Source of the DNA: Candidatus Doudnabacteria bacterium RIFCSPHIGHO2_01_FULL_45_18
GTDB lineage: Bacteria; Patescibacteriota; Doudnabacteria; UBA920; O2-02-FULL-48-8
DNA: 33,045 bases
NCBI GenBank assembly: GCA_001779915.1
Contig: MFEJ01000007.1
Coordinates: 1-33,045, forward strand
Direction: 5' to 3'
Position numbers and translations under genes: made by a program. Positions 8,693 through 17,504 of this stretch are shown here, one piece after another; the first letter of the stretch is position 1; each line of letters begins with the position of its first letter. Under the pieces are notes generated by a model that worked only from the letters and a program-made list of their open reading frames with translations, did no database searches and was not told the DNA's origin.

Positions 8693-9724
8693 ATGTTTAG
8701 ACCTACGAAAATTAAGAAAAGCTATACCCCATTGATTATAATGTCGTCTGTGGCCGTGGTGGCTTTGCTGATTGGTTTGTTAGCCATGTTTAAGCGCGTA
8801 AAAACCCCACCCCCGCAATCTCAGCAAGAACAGACAGATATTCAAACCGGCCAAAATGAAAACCAGACCCCAACCCTGCCGGAAGAGCAAGGTTCAGACC
8901 CCTTGTCATCCACCACTGGCTGGAAAACTTATACCAACGACAAGCATGGATTTTTCATGCTGTATCCGACCAACCTTAAAGCCGGGAGTGTGTCGGGCAA
9001 TTCCGTGCTTGGCACTTATCAAGTGCCGGTGAAAGGCTTTCATGTCGGGTCCTTAGTGTTTGTGGTGTTGAAAGATCAGGATCTGAAGAAGGACGCTCTG
9101 GATTATTTTAATTCTACTTATACGCTGGCTTTGCATCCGCCGACAGTGACGGAAGGATTGAGTGTGGCTTGTGAGATTCATAAAGTTCCAAACAGTTTCG
9201 TTTCCATCAAATCGGTTTCGTGTGAAGGGGAAGGGGGACCGGCCCGGTATGATTACATAACCGGCAAAGAGTATGACGTGTTTGTGGATGGCTATTCCAA
9301 AGGTTTTGATAACCAAGCCAACGGCACGCTGGCCAAAGCAACGGATTACTCGACGATCCTATCCACGTTTCGATTTATCGCGGATGTTTCTGCCACCAAT
9401 CCCGGTTCCCAAGTTCCAGCGCCTTTTTCTTCTGATCAACCGGCCATCAAAGTTGTGACCATTGTGGCCGACGATTCCGGCGCCACCCCTTCCGAAATTT
9501 CGGTGGCGGCTGGGACGATTGTCCAACTGACATTTAGTGTCGGCACCAACAATGTTTATTATGGCGGGTTGGATTTTCGAAGCTCGGTGGTGAGCAGCGG
9601 CACGATTTATGCCGGGACGAGCAAGACCGTGACGTTTAAAGCCAACCAATCGTTTGAATTTACGCCCTACTGGCCCGCTAGTGGTGTTGCGAAAAATTAT
9701 AAAATCAAAATCACGGTGCAATAG
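8693..9724 (+). CDS. Membrane-anchored surface protein, C-terminal cupredoxin-like fold possible
   Basis: N-terminal TM, Q/P/T-rich linker, WKTYTN..HGF...YP motif, C-terminal P.EI.V..G..V.L.F beta domain. TGGACT-17-TAAAAT promoter ends 7 nt before ATG 8693. Confidence 0.65.
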   Translation: MFRPTKIKKSYTPLIIMSSVAVVALLIGLLAMFKRVKTPPPQSQQEQTDIQTGQNENQTPTLPEEQGSDPLSSTTGWKTYTNDKHGFFMLYPTNLKAGSVSGNSVLGTYQVPVKGFHVGSLVFVVLKDQDLKKDALDYFNSTYTLALHPPTVTEGLSVACEIHKVPNSFVSIKSVSCEGEGGPARYDYITGKEYDVFVDGYSKGFDNQANGTLAKATDYSTILSTFRFIADVSATNPGSQVPAPFSSDQPAIKVVTIVADDSGATPSEISVAAGTIVQLTFSVGTNNVYYGGLDFRSSVVSSGTIYAGTSKTVTFKANQSFEFTPYWPASGVAKNYKIKITVQ

Positions 9725-9740
9725 TTTAGAAATAAAAATA

Positions 9741-9771
9741 AAAAAAAGACCAGAGTGAGGGGGCTCTGGTC
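9741..9771 (-). terminator. Terminator of the minus-strand receiver-like gene
   Basis: AGACCAGAG...CTCTGGTCT stem with A-tract on its left (U-tract on the minus strand). Confidence 0.75.
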
Positions 9772-9778
9772 TGACAAG

Positions 9779-10165
9779 CTAGTTCATGCGGAGAGGAGGG
9801 CGTTGTACTGGGGCATCCTCTTCGGCTTGGTCTGGTTTCGTTGTGGTCTTTTTGGTAGAGCTATCTTCGCTCCAACCGTCGAGTACGTCGTCGAGTTCAT
9901 CAACGAAACTAAGGACTGGAATCTTGCGTGTGTCAGGGTCGAGCTGGAGCATGGTCAGTACTTGAAACCATTCCGGCTGATCAAAGCTCAAGAACAGGAC
10001 GACGAGTGCCGGTTGCCACTTTTTGACCTTTGCGAAGGCGCCGTCAGTTGACTTGATGTAGTCAACGAAGTACCCGCGGAGCGGTATTGTCTTTTCAAAG
10101 GGTTCGAAGTCTTCATTGTTGCCGTTGACCACGACAACCCGGCTAACCTGTGAGACTACGCTCAT
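9779..10165 (-). CDS. Atypical (pseudo-)receiver domain protein
   Basis: Receiver pattern RVVVV..GY.V...P.LVVL....FQVL..L..DP.TRKIPVL; phospho-Asp position is Phe; AAGGAGG SD. Confidence 0.7.
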   Translation of the reverse strand: MSVVSQVSRVVVVNGNNEDFEPFEKTIPLRGYFVDYIKSTDGAFAKVKKWQPALVVLFLSFDQPEWFQVLTMLQLDPDTRKIPVLSFVDELDDVLDGWSEDSSTKKTTTKPDQAEEDAPVQRPPLRMN

Positions 10166-10213
10166 AGTGCCTCCTTGATGTTGTTGGTCGAACGTGTACG
10201 TTTTTAGTATAGC

Positions 10214-11170
10214 CTATTTGCCTGTTCGATGAAAGTTTTCGTAAACGTCCCGTAGGCGCTTGTTGGTGAGGTGAGTGTAGATTTGCGTTGTTGAGATTGA
10301 TGAGTGGCCAAGCAGTTCCTGGACGGATCGCAGGTCCGCGCCGTTGGTCAGCAGGTCCGTGGCAAAGCTATGCCGTAAAGTATGGGGTGTTATTTTTTTC
10401 ATAATGCCTGCCAGCTTGGCATATTTCTTGATCACGCGCTGAATGGATCGGGCAGTCAGACCAGACATTTGCTCGCTCATGGATTCCAGCTGTTTTTCTA
10501 CCGATTCTTTCGCATCATGTCGGATAAATAGGGCCTTGGAGTTATCTTGCCGCTCTTTTAGATACTGGTTAATAGTTTCGATTGCCCGATGAGACAGAAA
10601 TACTAGGCGCATCTTGTCGCCCTTGCCGCGCACGGCAAATTCGCCTCGTTTGAGGTTTAGATTATCGCGTTTGAGTGCCACCAGTTCGGAAATCCGAAGG
10701 CCAGTGGAGAATAGGGTTTCTAAAATTGCCCGATCGCGAAGCCGGGTCAGTTTGCTTTCTTCATCATCAGTAGCTTTGATTAGTCGTTCCACATCTTCAA
10801 TGTCTAGAAATTCTACAGTGCGAGCTGGTGTCTTGGGCAGTTCAATTTTTTCCGCAGCTAAAGATTTAACGTCTCGTTTCGCCAGGTATTTGAGGAAACT
10901 TCGAAGCGCAATCAAATGATAATTTTGCGTGATGATTTTCAGATTTTTTTCTTTCTGTAACAGGCGATTCAGATGTAGCCGAAACGATCGAACTAGTTCC
11001 AAGTCCACGTCAGATGGATCCGTGACGCCCTGTTTTGCACAAAACTCCACAAATCGTTTTAGATAGTGGTCATAGTTACGTAAAGTGAGCCTGGAGCGAT
11101 TGCGCTCAACTTCCAGGTATTCTAGGAATTGGATGTAGTATTTTTGGAGCTTGCTTTTAGTTTCAGGCAT
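10214..11170 (-). CDS. XerC/XerD-family tyrosine recombinase
   Basis: TGLRISE, RGKG.K.R, HTLRHSFAT, LLGH and TTQIY motifs. Confidence 0.93.
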   Translation of the reverse strand: MPETKSKLQKYYIQFLEYLEVERNRSRLTLRNYDHYLKRFVEFCAKQGVTDPSDVDLELVRSFRLHLNRLLQKEKNLKIITQNYHLIALRSFLKYLAKRDVKSLAAEKIELPKTPARTVEFLDIEDVERLIKATDDEESKLTRLRDRAILETLFSTGLRISELVALKRDNLNLKRGEFAVRGKGDKMRLVFLSHRAIETINQYLKERQDNSKALFIRHDAKESVEKQLESMSEQMSGLTARSIQRVIKKYAKLAGIMKKITPHTLRHSFATDLLTNGADLRSVQELLGHSSISTTQIYTHLTNKRLRDVYENFHRTGK

Positions 11171-11180
11171 ATGGTTTCGT

Positions 11181-11326
11181 TACCCCTCCCGGCCTAATCG
11201 GCCGACCTCCCCTGGGAGGGGAGGTGAACCGCCGCCTAACTCTTAGTGTCAGCCGGCAGTTCGTCTCTCCTTCCAGGAGAGACCGACCGCTTTATTGAGA
11301 ATTTGTATTGGCGGTCGAGAGAGGTA
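11181..11326. repeat. Inverted doublet of REP-like palindromes directly downstream of the DUF559 gene
   Basis: TACCCCTCCCGGCC..GGCCGACCTCCCCTGGGAGGGGAGG (11181-11224) and an inverted related copy TCTCTCCTTCCAGGAGAGACCGACCGC..GCGGTCGAGAGAGGTA (11264-11326). Confidence 0.75.
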
Positions 11327-11327
11327 G

Positions 11328-11675
11328 TTAGTTAAGATTATTTAAAATTGTTTCTAAGACCCCATCAAAATTATCATCTACTTCGTTATTCCAAAATCGA
11401 AGCACCTTAAAACCTTGTGACTCAAGGATCCTAGTTCGTTCAGTATCGTTTAACTTATTATATTTTTCATTATGCTGGCCACCATCCAATTCAATAACCA
11501 ATTTTTTTTCAAAGCAACAAAAATCCACAATATAGTGCCCAATCACGAATTGCCTACGAAATCTGAAGCCCTTGAACTGTTTCCGGCGCAAGTAATACCA
11601 AATTTTAGCTTCCCAAGGGGTTTGGTTTTTTCTAAGGCTTCTTGAGGCTAAAAGTAGATTGTCGCTTATTTTCAT
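11328..11675 (-). CDS. DUF559 (Vsr-like) endonuclease
   Basis: LRKNQT..E...W..LR, FRRQ..IG.YIVDF.C....LVIELDG.QH and VLRFWN motifs. Confidence 0.9.
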   Translation of the reverse strand: MKISDNLLLASRSLRKNQTPWEAKIWYYLRRKQFKGFRFRRQFVIGHYIVDFCCFEKKLVIELDGGQHNEKYNKLNDTERTRILESQGFKVLRFWNNEVDDNFDGVLETILNNLN

Positions 11676-11737
11676 TTGTGTCTCACAATGCGTTAATCTC
11701 AATAATGTGCGACTATAGTATAGCAGGGTAGAATATC

Positions 11738-11771
11738 AAAAAAAAGAGCGTCGGGATTCGTTCCAAACGCT
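11738..11771 (-). terminator. Terminator of minus-strand ORF 11792-12175
   Basis: Minus strand AGCGTTTGGAACGAATCCCGACGCT followed by CTTTTTTTT. Confidence 0.7.
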
Positions 11772-11791
11772 GTGAGATAGATAGGTTATTG

Positions 11792-12175
11792 TCAGGTCTC
11801 AAACAATCCGACCGAATTGCAGAGTTTGAGCATCAGTGCGGCATGGACCCTGCGTCGTGGTTTTTTGAGTATGTCTGTCCTTTTCTTTTTAATGATCACG
11901 CCATTGATCCCAGGGGTCCCCTTCAAGCAGGTAGCGACCCGCAGAACAACGTCCATACCACCGAGAATTTCTTTTGACGATCTTGCGGAAACCAACGTGC
12001 AAAAATGATCCAGAATCCGGGTCCCTTCAGCTGTGTTTTCAGATTCCAGGAAACGGTTCTTGAGATCTGCGAATTCAGCAATCTCTGGTTTCGGCGGCCG
12101 ATTGGCCGTGCTTGCCAGAAACTTTCCAAGCGATGCAAATTGACCGGCTGTGAGAGCGTTGACTTTGATGATCAC
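11792..12175 (-). CDS. Hypothetical protein (SD-led stand-alone gene)
   Basis: AAGGAGG 5 nt before GTG; TGTG-TATAAT promoter (complement at 12241-12246); own terminator. Confidence 0.6.
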   Translation of the reverse strand: MIIKVNALTAGQFASLGKFLASTANRPPKPEIAEFADLKNRFLESENTAEGTRILDHFCTLVSARSSKEILGGMDVVLRVATCLKGTPGINGVIIKKKRTDILKKPRRRVHAALMLKLCNSVGLFET

Positions 12176-12271
12176 AGTTTCCTCCTTAAAAGAGGGCTTG
12201 GCCTCTTGTTTGTAACTAACAGTGATTGTAGTCTGGACGTATTATACACATTTTTTCGATTTTTCCAAACC

Positions 12272-12300
12272 TTGCAAAGAGCCTAAAATCGTGGTAAAAT
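12272..12300 (+). promoter_or_regulatory. rpsO promoter
   Basis: TTGCAA-17-TAAAAT with TG extension. Confidence 0.7.
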
Positions 12301-12360
12301 CACTTTGTTATTAAACTCGACGAATAGCTTATCCTGGCTATTTTGTGACCAAGGAAATTC

Positions 12361-12627
12361 ATGCTTACTCCTAAGGAAAAAGAGCAAATTATTAAGAAGT
12401 TCCAGGTTCATAAAGACGACACTGGTTCCCCGGAAGTGCAGGTCGCTATCTTAACTCGAGAAATCGAGAAAGTGTCCGAACACTTATACGAGCACAAAAA
12501 GGACAACCACTCTCGCCGCGGACTTCTGAAAATGGTTGGCAATCGCCGCCGATTGCTTCGGTATCTGAAAGCTGAAGACGAAAAGCGCTGGGACAAGCTC
12601 ACCGATAAGCTCAAATTGAATAAATAA
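12361..12627 (+). CDS. rpsO: 30S ribosomal protein S15
   Basis: [34 protein letters not shown]. Confidence 0.98.
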   Translation: MLTPKEKEQIIKKFQVHKDDTGSPEVQVAILTREIEKVSEHLYEHKKDNHSRRGLLKMVGNRRRLLRYLKAEDEKRWDKLTDKLKLNK

Positions 12628-12635
12628 AATTTTTA

Positions 12636-12706
12636 CCATCGCGAGGGCCGCAGGCCCGTGGCGATCTATCGTAAGATTGCTTCGTCGCTATCGCTCCTCG
12701 CAATGG
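12636..12706. repeat. REP/REPIN-like palindromic doublet, copy A
   Basis: CCATCGCGAG..GTGGCGATCT..GATTGC..CGTCGC..GCTCCTCGCAATGG; related copy at 29486-29644. Confidence 0.8.
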
Positions 12707-12727
12707 TTCGAATAAAAATAATTAATT

Positions 12728-12815
12728 CCGTCGAGTGTCAGTAGCAAAGAGGCTGTACTAGTTGAGATACTAATCTCACCTGCTACAACTTCTGTGCTCA
12801 AAGGCACAACCGCGG
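12728..12815 (+). promoter_or_regulatory. Long leader hairpin of pnp (possible RNase III/PNPase autoregulation)
   Basis: AGCAAAGAGG..TGAGAT-ACTA-ATCTCA..CTTCTGTGCT extended imperfect stem directly upstream of pnp. Confidence 0.45.
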
Positions 12816-12832
12816 AAACAAAAAGGGACTAA

Positions 12833-15040
12833 ATGAAGAAAGCAAAGGTAGAGTTAGATCTAGCCGGTAAACCATTTTCTATGGAAACCGGTGAGTTAGC
12901 CATGCAAGCCAACGGTTCTGTCTTGGCTAAACTTGGCGACACAGTCGTGCTCGTCACCGCCGTGATGGGTAAGACCGTGCGCGAAGGCATGGATTATTTT
13001 CCACTCCTCGTGGATTATGAGGAAAGGCTTTATGCCGCTGGGAAAATTAAAGGCTCCAGATTTATCAAACGTGAAGGCCGAGCAACCGACGAAGCCATTC
13101 TTTCCGGCCGTTTGATTGACCGATCCTTGCGGCCACTTTTTCCAGATGGCATGCGGAACGACGTGCAGGTCGTGGCTACGATCCTGTCTGTAGATGAAAT
13201 TAATGATCCGGATATCGTGGCGATCAACGCCGCATCCGTAGCGCTTACCGCATCCGATATTCCATTTGAAGGCCCGATCGCGGCGATGCGAGTTGGCCGC
13301 GTGGACGGGAAATTTGTCGCCAACCCAAATTATCAGGATCGCGAACAAGGGGATTTGGATTTGGTCGTGTCCGGCACAGATGAGCACATCATGATGGTGG
13401 AAGCCGGTGCGAAACAAATCACGGAAAGCGACATGGTCCAAGCAATCAAATTCGCCCAAACTTATCTCAAACAACTGTATAAACTTCAACAAGGCATCAT
13501 CAAACAACTCGCCGTGCCGAAAGCGGAAGCGACTTATGTCTTGCCGGATAAGGATGTTTTGGCCGAAGTCTTAAAGTCCCAACCCCAGCTTGAAAAAGCG
13601 CTATATGGAACTTTCAGCAAAGAAACTCGTGAAAATCAGGTGGAGGCTGTGAAAAAAGAAATTGTTGCCGCGATTGTGGAAAGTTATAAGGACAATAAAG
13701 AAATCAACGGCGAGAAACACGCGAAAATGGCCTTTGATAAATTGCTCAAGAAAACCATTCGTAAAAATATTCTGGAAAAAGAACAACGGGTGGATATGCG
13801 CGCGCTTGATGTCACGAGACCAGTGTCTTGCCAAGTTGGCGTGCTGCCTCGCACCCACGGCTCCGCGCTGTTTAACCGCGGCGAAACTCAAATTTTAACC
13901 ACCGTGACCTTAGGTTCCTCTGGCGATGCGCAGATTTTGGATGGCATGGAAGATTTTGGCGTGGATGGCACAACCAAGCGATACATTCATCATTATAATT
14001 TTCCAGGTTTCAGTGTTGGCGAAGTGGCTCCTATCCGGGGCCCGGGTCGCCGAGAAATCGGCCATGGCGCTTTAGCTGAACGCGCCGTAGAAGTCGTGAT
14101 CCCAGAAAAAGAGAAATTCCCCTACACTCTGCGACTAGTTTCCGAAGCGCTTGGTTCGAACGGCTCTACCTCCATGGGTTCGACCTGTGGTTCAACTCTC
14201 GCGTTGATGGATGCGGGAGTGCCGATCGAAGCCATGATCGGCGGAGTGGCTATGGGCCTGATCCTGGATCCGGAATCCGGTAAGTACAAGGTGCTGACTG
14301 ACATTCAGGGCATCGAAGATGGAAACGGCGACATGGATTTTAAAGTCACTGGTTCGGAAAAAGGGATTACGGCCATGCAAATGGATAACAAGACCAAAGG
14401 ATTGACTGTGGAAATTTTGGATAAAGCGCTCATGCAAGCTCGCGATGGTCGGATGCACATTTTAGATGTCATGAAAAAGACAATCTCGGCGCCGCGCGCG
14501 GAAATGTCCCCGCTCGCTCCAAGAATTGAAACCATGCAGATTAATCCGGAGAAAATCCGCGATGTTATCGGTACTGGCGGCAAGATCATCAACAAAATCA
14601 TTGCGGAAACTGGCGTGAAAATTGACATCGAGGATTCAGGCCTCGTGATGGTTGCCTCCAACAATGCCGAGGGCATGAAAAAAGCCTTAGATTGGATTCA
14701 TAACCTGACTCGTGAGATAAAAATTGGCGAAGTGTTCAAAGGCAAAGTTAACCGCATCATGGACTTCGGTGCTTTTGTGGAGTTGACTCCCGGTCACGAT
14801 GGCTTATGTCATATTTCGGAACTGGCTTGGCATCGAATTGGGAAAGTCGAAGACGTGGTGAAAGTCGGGGATGAGCTGGAAGTGAAAGTGGTGGAAATCG
14901 ATCACATGGGACGGATTAATCTTTCACACAAAATTTTACTGCCTCGCCCCGAAGGTGGCAGCTTTGACGACCGGCCGCATGACCGAGGACCTCGTCGAGA
15001 CGACCACGGCGGTCGTGGTGGTTTCCGACCAAGACACTAG
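12833..15040 (+). CDS. pnp: Polyribonucleotide nucleotidyltransferase (PNPase)
   Basis: RLIDRSLRPLF, RTHGSALF.RGETQ, RREIGHG, DMDFKV.G, KH and S1 domains. Confidence 0.98.
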   Translation: MKKAKVELDLAGKPFSMETGELAMQANGSVLAKLGDTVVLVTAVMGKTVREGMDYFPLLVDYEERLYAAGKIKGSRFIKREGRATDEAILSGRLIDRSLRPLFPDGMRNDVQVVATILSVDEINDPDIVAINAASVALTASDIPFEGPIAAMRVGRVDGKFVANPNYQDREQGDLDLVVSGTDEHIMMVEAGAKQITESDMVQAIKFAQTYLKQLYKLQQGIIKQLAVPKAEATYVLPDKDVLAEVLKSQPQLEKALYGTFSKETRENQVEAVKKEIVAAIVESYKDNKEINGEKHAKMAFDKLLKKTIRKNILEKEQRVDMRALDVTRPVSCQVGVLPRTHGSALFNRGETQILTTVTLGSSGDAQILDGMEDFGVDGTTKRYIHHYNFPGFSVGEVAPIRGPGRREIGHGALAERAVEVVIPEKEKFPYTLRLVSEALGSNGSTSMGSTCGSTLALMDAGVPIEAMIGGVAMGLILDPESGKYKVLTDIQGIEDGNGDMDFKVTGSEKGITAMQMDNKTKGLTVEILDKALMQARDGRMHILDVMKKTISAPRAEMSPLAPRIETMQINPEKIRDVIGTGGKIINKIIAETGVKIDIEDSGLVMVASNNAEGMKKALDWIHNLTREIKIGEVFKGKVNRIMDFGAFVELTPGHDGLCHISELAWHRIGKVEDVVKVGDELEVKVVEIDHMGRINLSHKILLPRPEGGSFDDRPHDRGPRRDDHGGRGGFRPRH

Positions 15041-15047
15041 TTAGCTT

Positions 15048-15073
15048 GTCATTCTGAGCGAAGCGAAGAATCT
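15048..15073 (+). repeat. Single REP-like unit
   Basis: GTCATTCTGAGCGAAGCGAAGAATCT; same architecture as half of the 12636 element. Confidence 0.6.
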
Positions 15074-15079
15074 ATCCGA

Positions 15080-15111
15080 AAAAAATAGACCTAAGCGATT
15101 AGGTCTGTTTT
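15080..15111. terminator. Bidirectional terminator between pnp and the convergent ORF
   Basis: AAAATAGACCTAA-GCGA-TTAGGTCTGTTTT. Confidence 0.8.
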
Positions 15112-15115
15112 GTTG

Positions 15116-15397
15116 CTAGAGACGAAAGAGTTTTCCTTGCCCGGGGATTGTCCGCCTCCGATAGGGTTTCTTGGGCAGGGCTGGACCGCGATTGGACATA
15201 ACGGGAGCCGCGAAATAGCCGGCTCGTTTTTCTTTGACTTCTGACGCAAGCTCACGGTTGGATCTGGCGTCATGCCGCCACCAGAAGTTAGTCCGGGCCT
15301 GACCTGGGGAAACTGCCTGCGTGCCGCCGATGACGCGGCCTTTTTCGTCTTTGATCACGAATGGGATCTTGGTCTTCCGTTTGGATTTGTGTGCCAC
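15116..15397 (-). CDS. Small basic hypothetical protein (SD-led stand-alone gene)
   Basis: AAGGAGG 7 nt before GTG 15397; TGC-TAAAAT -10 upstream; K/R-rich product. Confidence 0.6.
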   Translation of the reverse strand: MAHKSKRKTKIPFVIKDEKGRVIGGTQAVSPGQARTNFWWRHDARSNRELASEVKEKRAGYFAAPVMSNRGPALPKKPYRRRTIPGQGKLFRL

Positions 15398-15454
15398 TCG
15401 CACCCCTCCTTTGGGGAGTTTGACAGAACATATTTTAGCAGATAATTTGTCTTT

Positions 15455-15727
15455 ATGAAAGATACAAGGATGACCAAAGGATTTGGATTAATTGGGCTGC
15501 TTATTACCATGGCGATTATCGCCCTGCTGGCGTTCGGCGGATACTATTATAATGGTGAGCAGAAGCAAAATCAGATTGAGGCTGGACGTAGCGCGGTGGA
15601 TGCCGCGCAAGACGCGGCCGATGCCCAGAACCAGTACAATCAAAATCTAGAAACTGATCTGAAAAATTCCGACGCCCCCTGGATCAACTACCACTCCGTC
15701 CAGGATAATCTAGATGAGATTGAATAA
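15455..15727 (+). CDS. Type IV pilin-like small protein
   Basis: Prepilin-like KGFGLIGLLITMAIIALL N-terminus (Gly instead of Glu at +5). Confidence 0.65.
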   Translation: MKDTRMTKGFGLIGLLITMAIIALLAFGGYYYNGEQKQNQIEAGRSAVDAAQDAADAQNQYNQNLETDLKNSDAPWINYHSVQDNLDEIE

Positions 15728-15749
15728 AAAACGGCCAGAAATAGCTGTT

Positions 15750-15777
15750 TTTAATGGCTCAACCGCACGGTTGAGGC
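15750..15777 (+). repeat. Left 28-bp inverted repeat of the R-M island
   Basis: TTTAATGGCTCAACCGCACGGTTGAGGC; 25/28 identical to the reverse complement of 19043-19070. Confidence 0.85.
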
Positions 15778-15820
15778 GTTGATTTATTAAGCGATTCGTG
15801 GAATAATTAAGAATACTAAT

Positions 15821-16411
15821 ATGAATTATATTAAGCTTGAAAATTTGTTTCGTGATTTTATAATGTTATTTGGAGGGTTTGGTTTTTTGCTTGTTTTATA
15901 CTATGGCCAATTTGTATTTCATAATCAAACAATTTTTGAACTTTTATTCGTTGAGAACCTTGCAAAAGAGTGGACGTGGGACAAATTAAATTTAACTGTT
16001 TTAGTTATTATTTCATATTTTGTTGGTCGACTACTTCTTTTAACCGGAAAAATGCTATTCTATTTTCTTTCCCGTATCGTTAAAGATAATAAGAAAAGTC
16101 AAAATTTTTTTCCATTTTATCGCGGCGAACGTGCCAAAATACTACATGAATACTTAGGTGAATATAGACATGATGATTTAAGACAATATTGGGAAAGAGA
16201 AATATATGCTGAAGTGATTTTGTTTTTATTTTTTGCCGCAAGTTTTTGGTATTTTATTTTTTCTGTAGTTGCAAATAAACCGTCATGCTTCTGGTTAATT
16301 TCTTTAATTTTATTCGTCTTATTCGGTTGGTTTAAAATAATCAGGACTTCTTATATCCGAGAGTTTGAGGATGCCATTTGTCAGTCACAAGACAATCATA
16401 TAAATAAGTAA
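15821..16411 (+). CDS. AT-rich hypothetical membrane protein (about 4 TM)
   Basis: 196-aa ORF with hydrophobic segments. Confidence 0.7.
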   Translation: MNYIKLENLFRDFIMLFGGFGFLLVLYYGQFVFHNQTIFELLFVENLAKEWTWDKLNLTVLVIISYFVGRLLLLTGKMLFYFLSRIVKDNKKSQNFFPFYRGERAKILHEYLGEYRHDDLRQYWEREIYAEVILFLFFAASFWYFIFSVVANKPSCFWLISLILFVLFGWFKIIRTSYIREFEDAICQSQDNHINK

Positions 16412-16463
16412 AATTTGACTTTTTGGGAAATGGGAGTACAATTAATTCACATGTGAATAACTC

Positions 16464-16489
16464 AATAGCGGCAAAACGCCGCTATTTTT
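16464..16489 (+). terminator. Intrinsic terminator
   Basis: AATAGCGGC-AAAAC-GCCGCTATTTTT. Confidence 0.75.
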
Positions 16490-16511
16490 GTTTACAATTA
16501 TTTGATATAAT

Positions 16512-17504
16512 ATGGATATGAATGCTCAAACAAAAAAAAGAAGTCTAGGACAATTCTTTACGAAACAAAACACATGGCTTAGGCCCCAAATTACTCAATT
16601 TATCAAATCTAGTGGGGCAAAAATTGCTTATGATCCCTTTGCTGGCAACGGGGACTTATTAGGCATTGCCCAAAGTTTTGGCTTAAAAAAAGTTTTTGGT
16701 TTGGATATTGATCCAGCCCTTGGTTGGAAGAAGAATGATAGTTTGATATCAATTCCAAAAATCCATAAATCTATCATCATTACTAATCCGCCGTACTTGA
16801 CAAATTATAGCGCTCAAAGAAAAAAAATATATGATAAAGTGAGTCAATATTTTGAAGCTTGTAATTATGATGACTTATACCAACTTGCTTTAGAAAAATG
16901 TTTGACTAACGATTATGGGGTTGTAATCATTCCTGAAACATTTATCAATTCTAGTTTTCCTAAAAATCGACTAGTCAGCATTACAATCCTAGAAGATAAC
17001 CCATTTGATGATACTGAAACTCCTGTTTGTGTGGTTTGTTTTGATAATAAATTAAAATCTTTAGATAAAGTTTCTGTTTATAAAAATGATAAATTATTAG
17101 GCACTCTTGGATACTTTGAAAAATTTCGTATTGCACCCAATAATTCAATAGATATTAAATTTAATATTGTTAATGGAAAAATCGGACTTCGAGCAGTGGA
17201 CACCACTGATCCACACAGACCAATTTCTTTTATGCCGAAAAATGAGCTAGATTATGATTTGAAAGGAATCAAGCATAGTTCCCGCTTGATTACAATTATT
17301 GACATGCCCACTAATAAACATGGTATGCATTACATAATTAAAAAGAGCAATCAGATCTTAACCGAGTTCCGCAAAAAAACTCATGATGTTTTACTTTCTC
17401 CATTTAAAGGGAATAAAAAAAATGGCGAACGAAGAAGGCGTCTAGATTATGCCACTGCTAGAGCGATTCTTGAACAAGCAGTAAGTAATGAGAGACTATT
17501 TTAA
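16512..17504 (+). CDS. Amino (probably N6-adenine) DNA methyltransferase, gamma-class motif order
   Basis: LGQFFT, YDPFAGNG (motif I), ITNPPY (motif IV); true start may be 16518. Confidence 0.88.
   Translation: MDMNAQTKKRSLGQFFTKQNTWLRPQITQFIKSSGAKIAYDPFAGNGDLLGIAQSFGLKKVFGLDIDPALGWKKNDSLISIPKIHKSIIITNPPYLTNYSAQRKKIYDKVSQYFEACNYDDLYQLALEKCLTNDYGVVIIPETFINSSFPKNRLVSITILEDNPFDDTETPVCVVCFDNKLKSLDKVSVYKNDKLLGTLGYFEKFRIAPNNSIDIKFNIVNGKIGLRAVDTTDPHRPISFMPKNELDYDLKGIKHSSRLITIIDMPTNKHGMHYIIKKSNQILTEFRKKTHDVLLSPFKGNKKNGERRRRLDYATARAILEQAVSNERLF

Noticed and set aside
10214-11170. Prophage or ICE integrase
   Set aside because: Size and motifs fit a housekeeping XerC/D; no phage or conjugation genes and no att duplication were seen.
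12896-14676. Long antisense ORFs within pnp (and similar ones within copA, glyQS, nfo and leuS)
   Set aside because: Shadow ORFs of conserved genes with no recognisable motifs or expression signals.
14965-15037. Low-complexity DRPHDRGPRRDDHGGRGG tail
   Set aside because: An ordinary disordered C-terminus of PNPase.
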